IMG/VR virus record: IMGVR_UViG_3300017747_002738
Span: 1 to 43,450 of that record
Reading direction: 5' to 3' (one strand)
DNA: 43,450 nucleotides
DNA from: a virus
Lineage: Duplodnaviria; Caudoviricetes
The position numbers and the translations under genes were made by a program. This document shows positions 42,923 to 43,450 of the stretch, one piece after another. Position 1 is the first letter of the stretch. Each line of letters begins with the position of its first letter. The notes below the pieces were generated by a model, which was not told the DNA's origin, ran no database searches, and saw only the letters and a list, made by a program, of their open reading frames with translations.

Positions 42923-43425
42923 TTCTCGCACCAATCTCCCTTCGCCATTTCCTTGGCAATGTCCAAATGCGCCTCGCCGACAATCTCCACAATCGCCGCC
43001 AGTTTCTCGTCATCCAGACCGAGGCGCATTTTGATCTTCATCGAAATGATTTTTTCACTGCCGAGGAGCTTGGACTTTGCGGCCAGGACCGAGCGCGTGT
43101 AGGTCCGCTTCACCTCGTCCACTGGAATCACCCGCCGCCGCGCTTCCGCGAGCTTGTGCTCCTTGAGCATCCGGTCTGCGCGAGTCTTGAGCGCCTCCTC
43201 AAGCGCCTGATTCACCGGCCCGGAGTCCGCAATCTCTGGATGGTCGGCAACCCACGCCAAGAGTTTGTCACAATCAACATCGCCCCGGCTGCGGAATGCC
43301 CCACAACCCGCCGCTTTGGCTGCCGAGACCACGGACTGCGGGAGCCCCGTCAGTGATGCGGCTGCGCTTAGCGTGGGCGCAATGCCGAGGCGTTTAGTGC
43401 GTTTTTGCTTAGTTTTTTGGGACAT
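42919..43425 (-). CDS. terS: Terminase small subunit (Nu1-like)
   Basis: N-terminal winged HTH, coiled coil, then VIPVDEV...AAKSKLL as in Nu1-type proteins; upstream of the GpA-type terminase. Confidence 0.75.
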   Translation of the reverse strand: MSQKTKQKRTKRLGIAPTLSAAASLTGLPQSVVSAAKAAGCGAFRSRGDVDCDKLLAWVADHPEIADSGPVNQALEEALKTRADRMLKEHKLAEARRRVIPVDEVKRTYTRSVLAAKSKLLGSEKIISMKIKMRLGLDDEKLAAIVEIVGEAHLDIAKEMAKGDWCEK

Positions 43426-43450
43426 CGGAGAGCTCTTTGCTTCTCTTTCT

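Noticed and set aside
221-43356. All plus-strand ORFs in the track, including long ones such as 34852-35835, 37698-38621 and 7844-8722
   Set aside because: They are antisense shadows of well-supported minus-strand genes and show no recognisable motifs

Overview
The window is a tailed-phage (Caudoviricetes, siphovirus-type) genome. Every credible gene is on the minus strand and no integrase or CI-type repressor is recognisable. Read from the right end, the packaging and head genes are a small terminase, a lambda-GpA-type large terminase, gpW, portal, S49 protease, scaffold, decoration protein and major capsid. These are followed by neck and tail genes with a short tape measure, a fibre region, a holin/spanin cassette with no recognisable endolysin, and early genes. 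The left half carries recombination genes (RecT/Bet, PD-(D/E)XK, SSB-like, beta-clamp-like), nucleotide and modification genes (MazG-like, helicase plus methyltransferase, PAPS-reductase-like) and replication genes (initiator with iterons, DnaB). The size and gene set suggest a complete or near-complete genome, but circularity cannot be shown from this window. A Verrucomicrobiota-like diderm host is my inference only. Four observations stand out. (1) Four large fibre-region proteins all begin with Sec-type signal peptides and are selectively enriched in the Thr-Asn dipeptide, and one has a T4 gp9/gp10-like attachment motif directly after the predicted cleavage site, suggesting exported and possibly host-modified virion appendages. 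(2) A six-copy motif, TTGACT-N8-TA(A/G)nG(T/C), lies at structural gene starts and is a candidate short-spacer late promoter, with a candidate sigma-region-4-like activator elsewhere in the genome. (3) A structured noncoding RNA candidate starts at that motif between the terminase and portal genes. (4) A C4-type antisense RNA with its matching target sites lies upstream of the replication genes. All family assignments are by eye from motifs; no database search was run.
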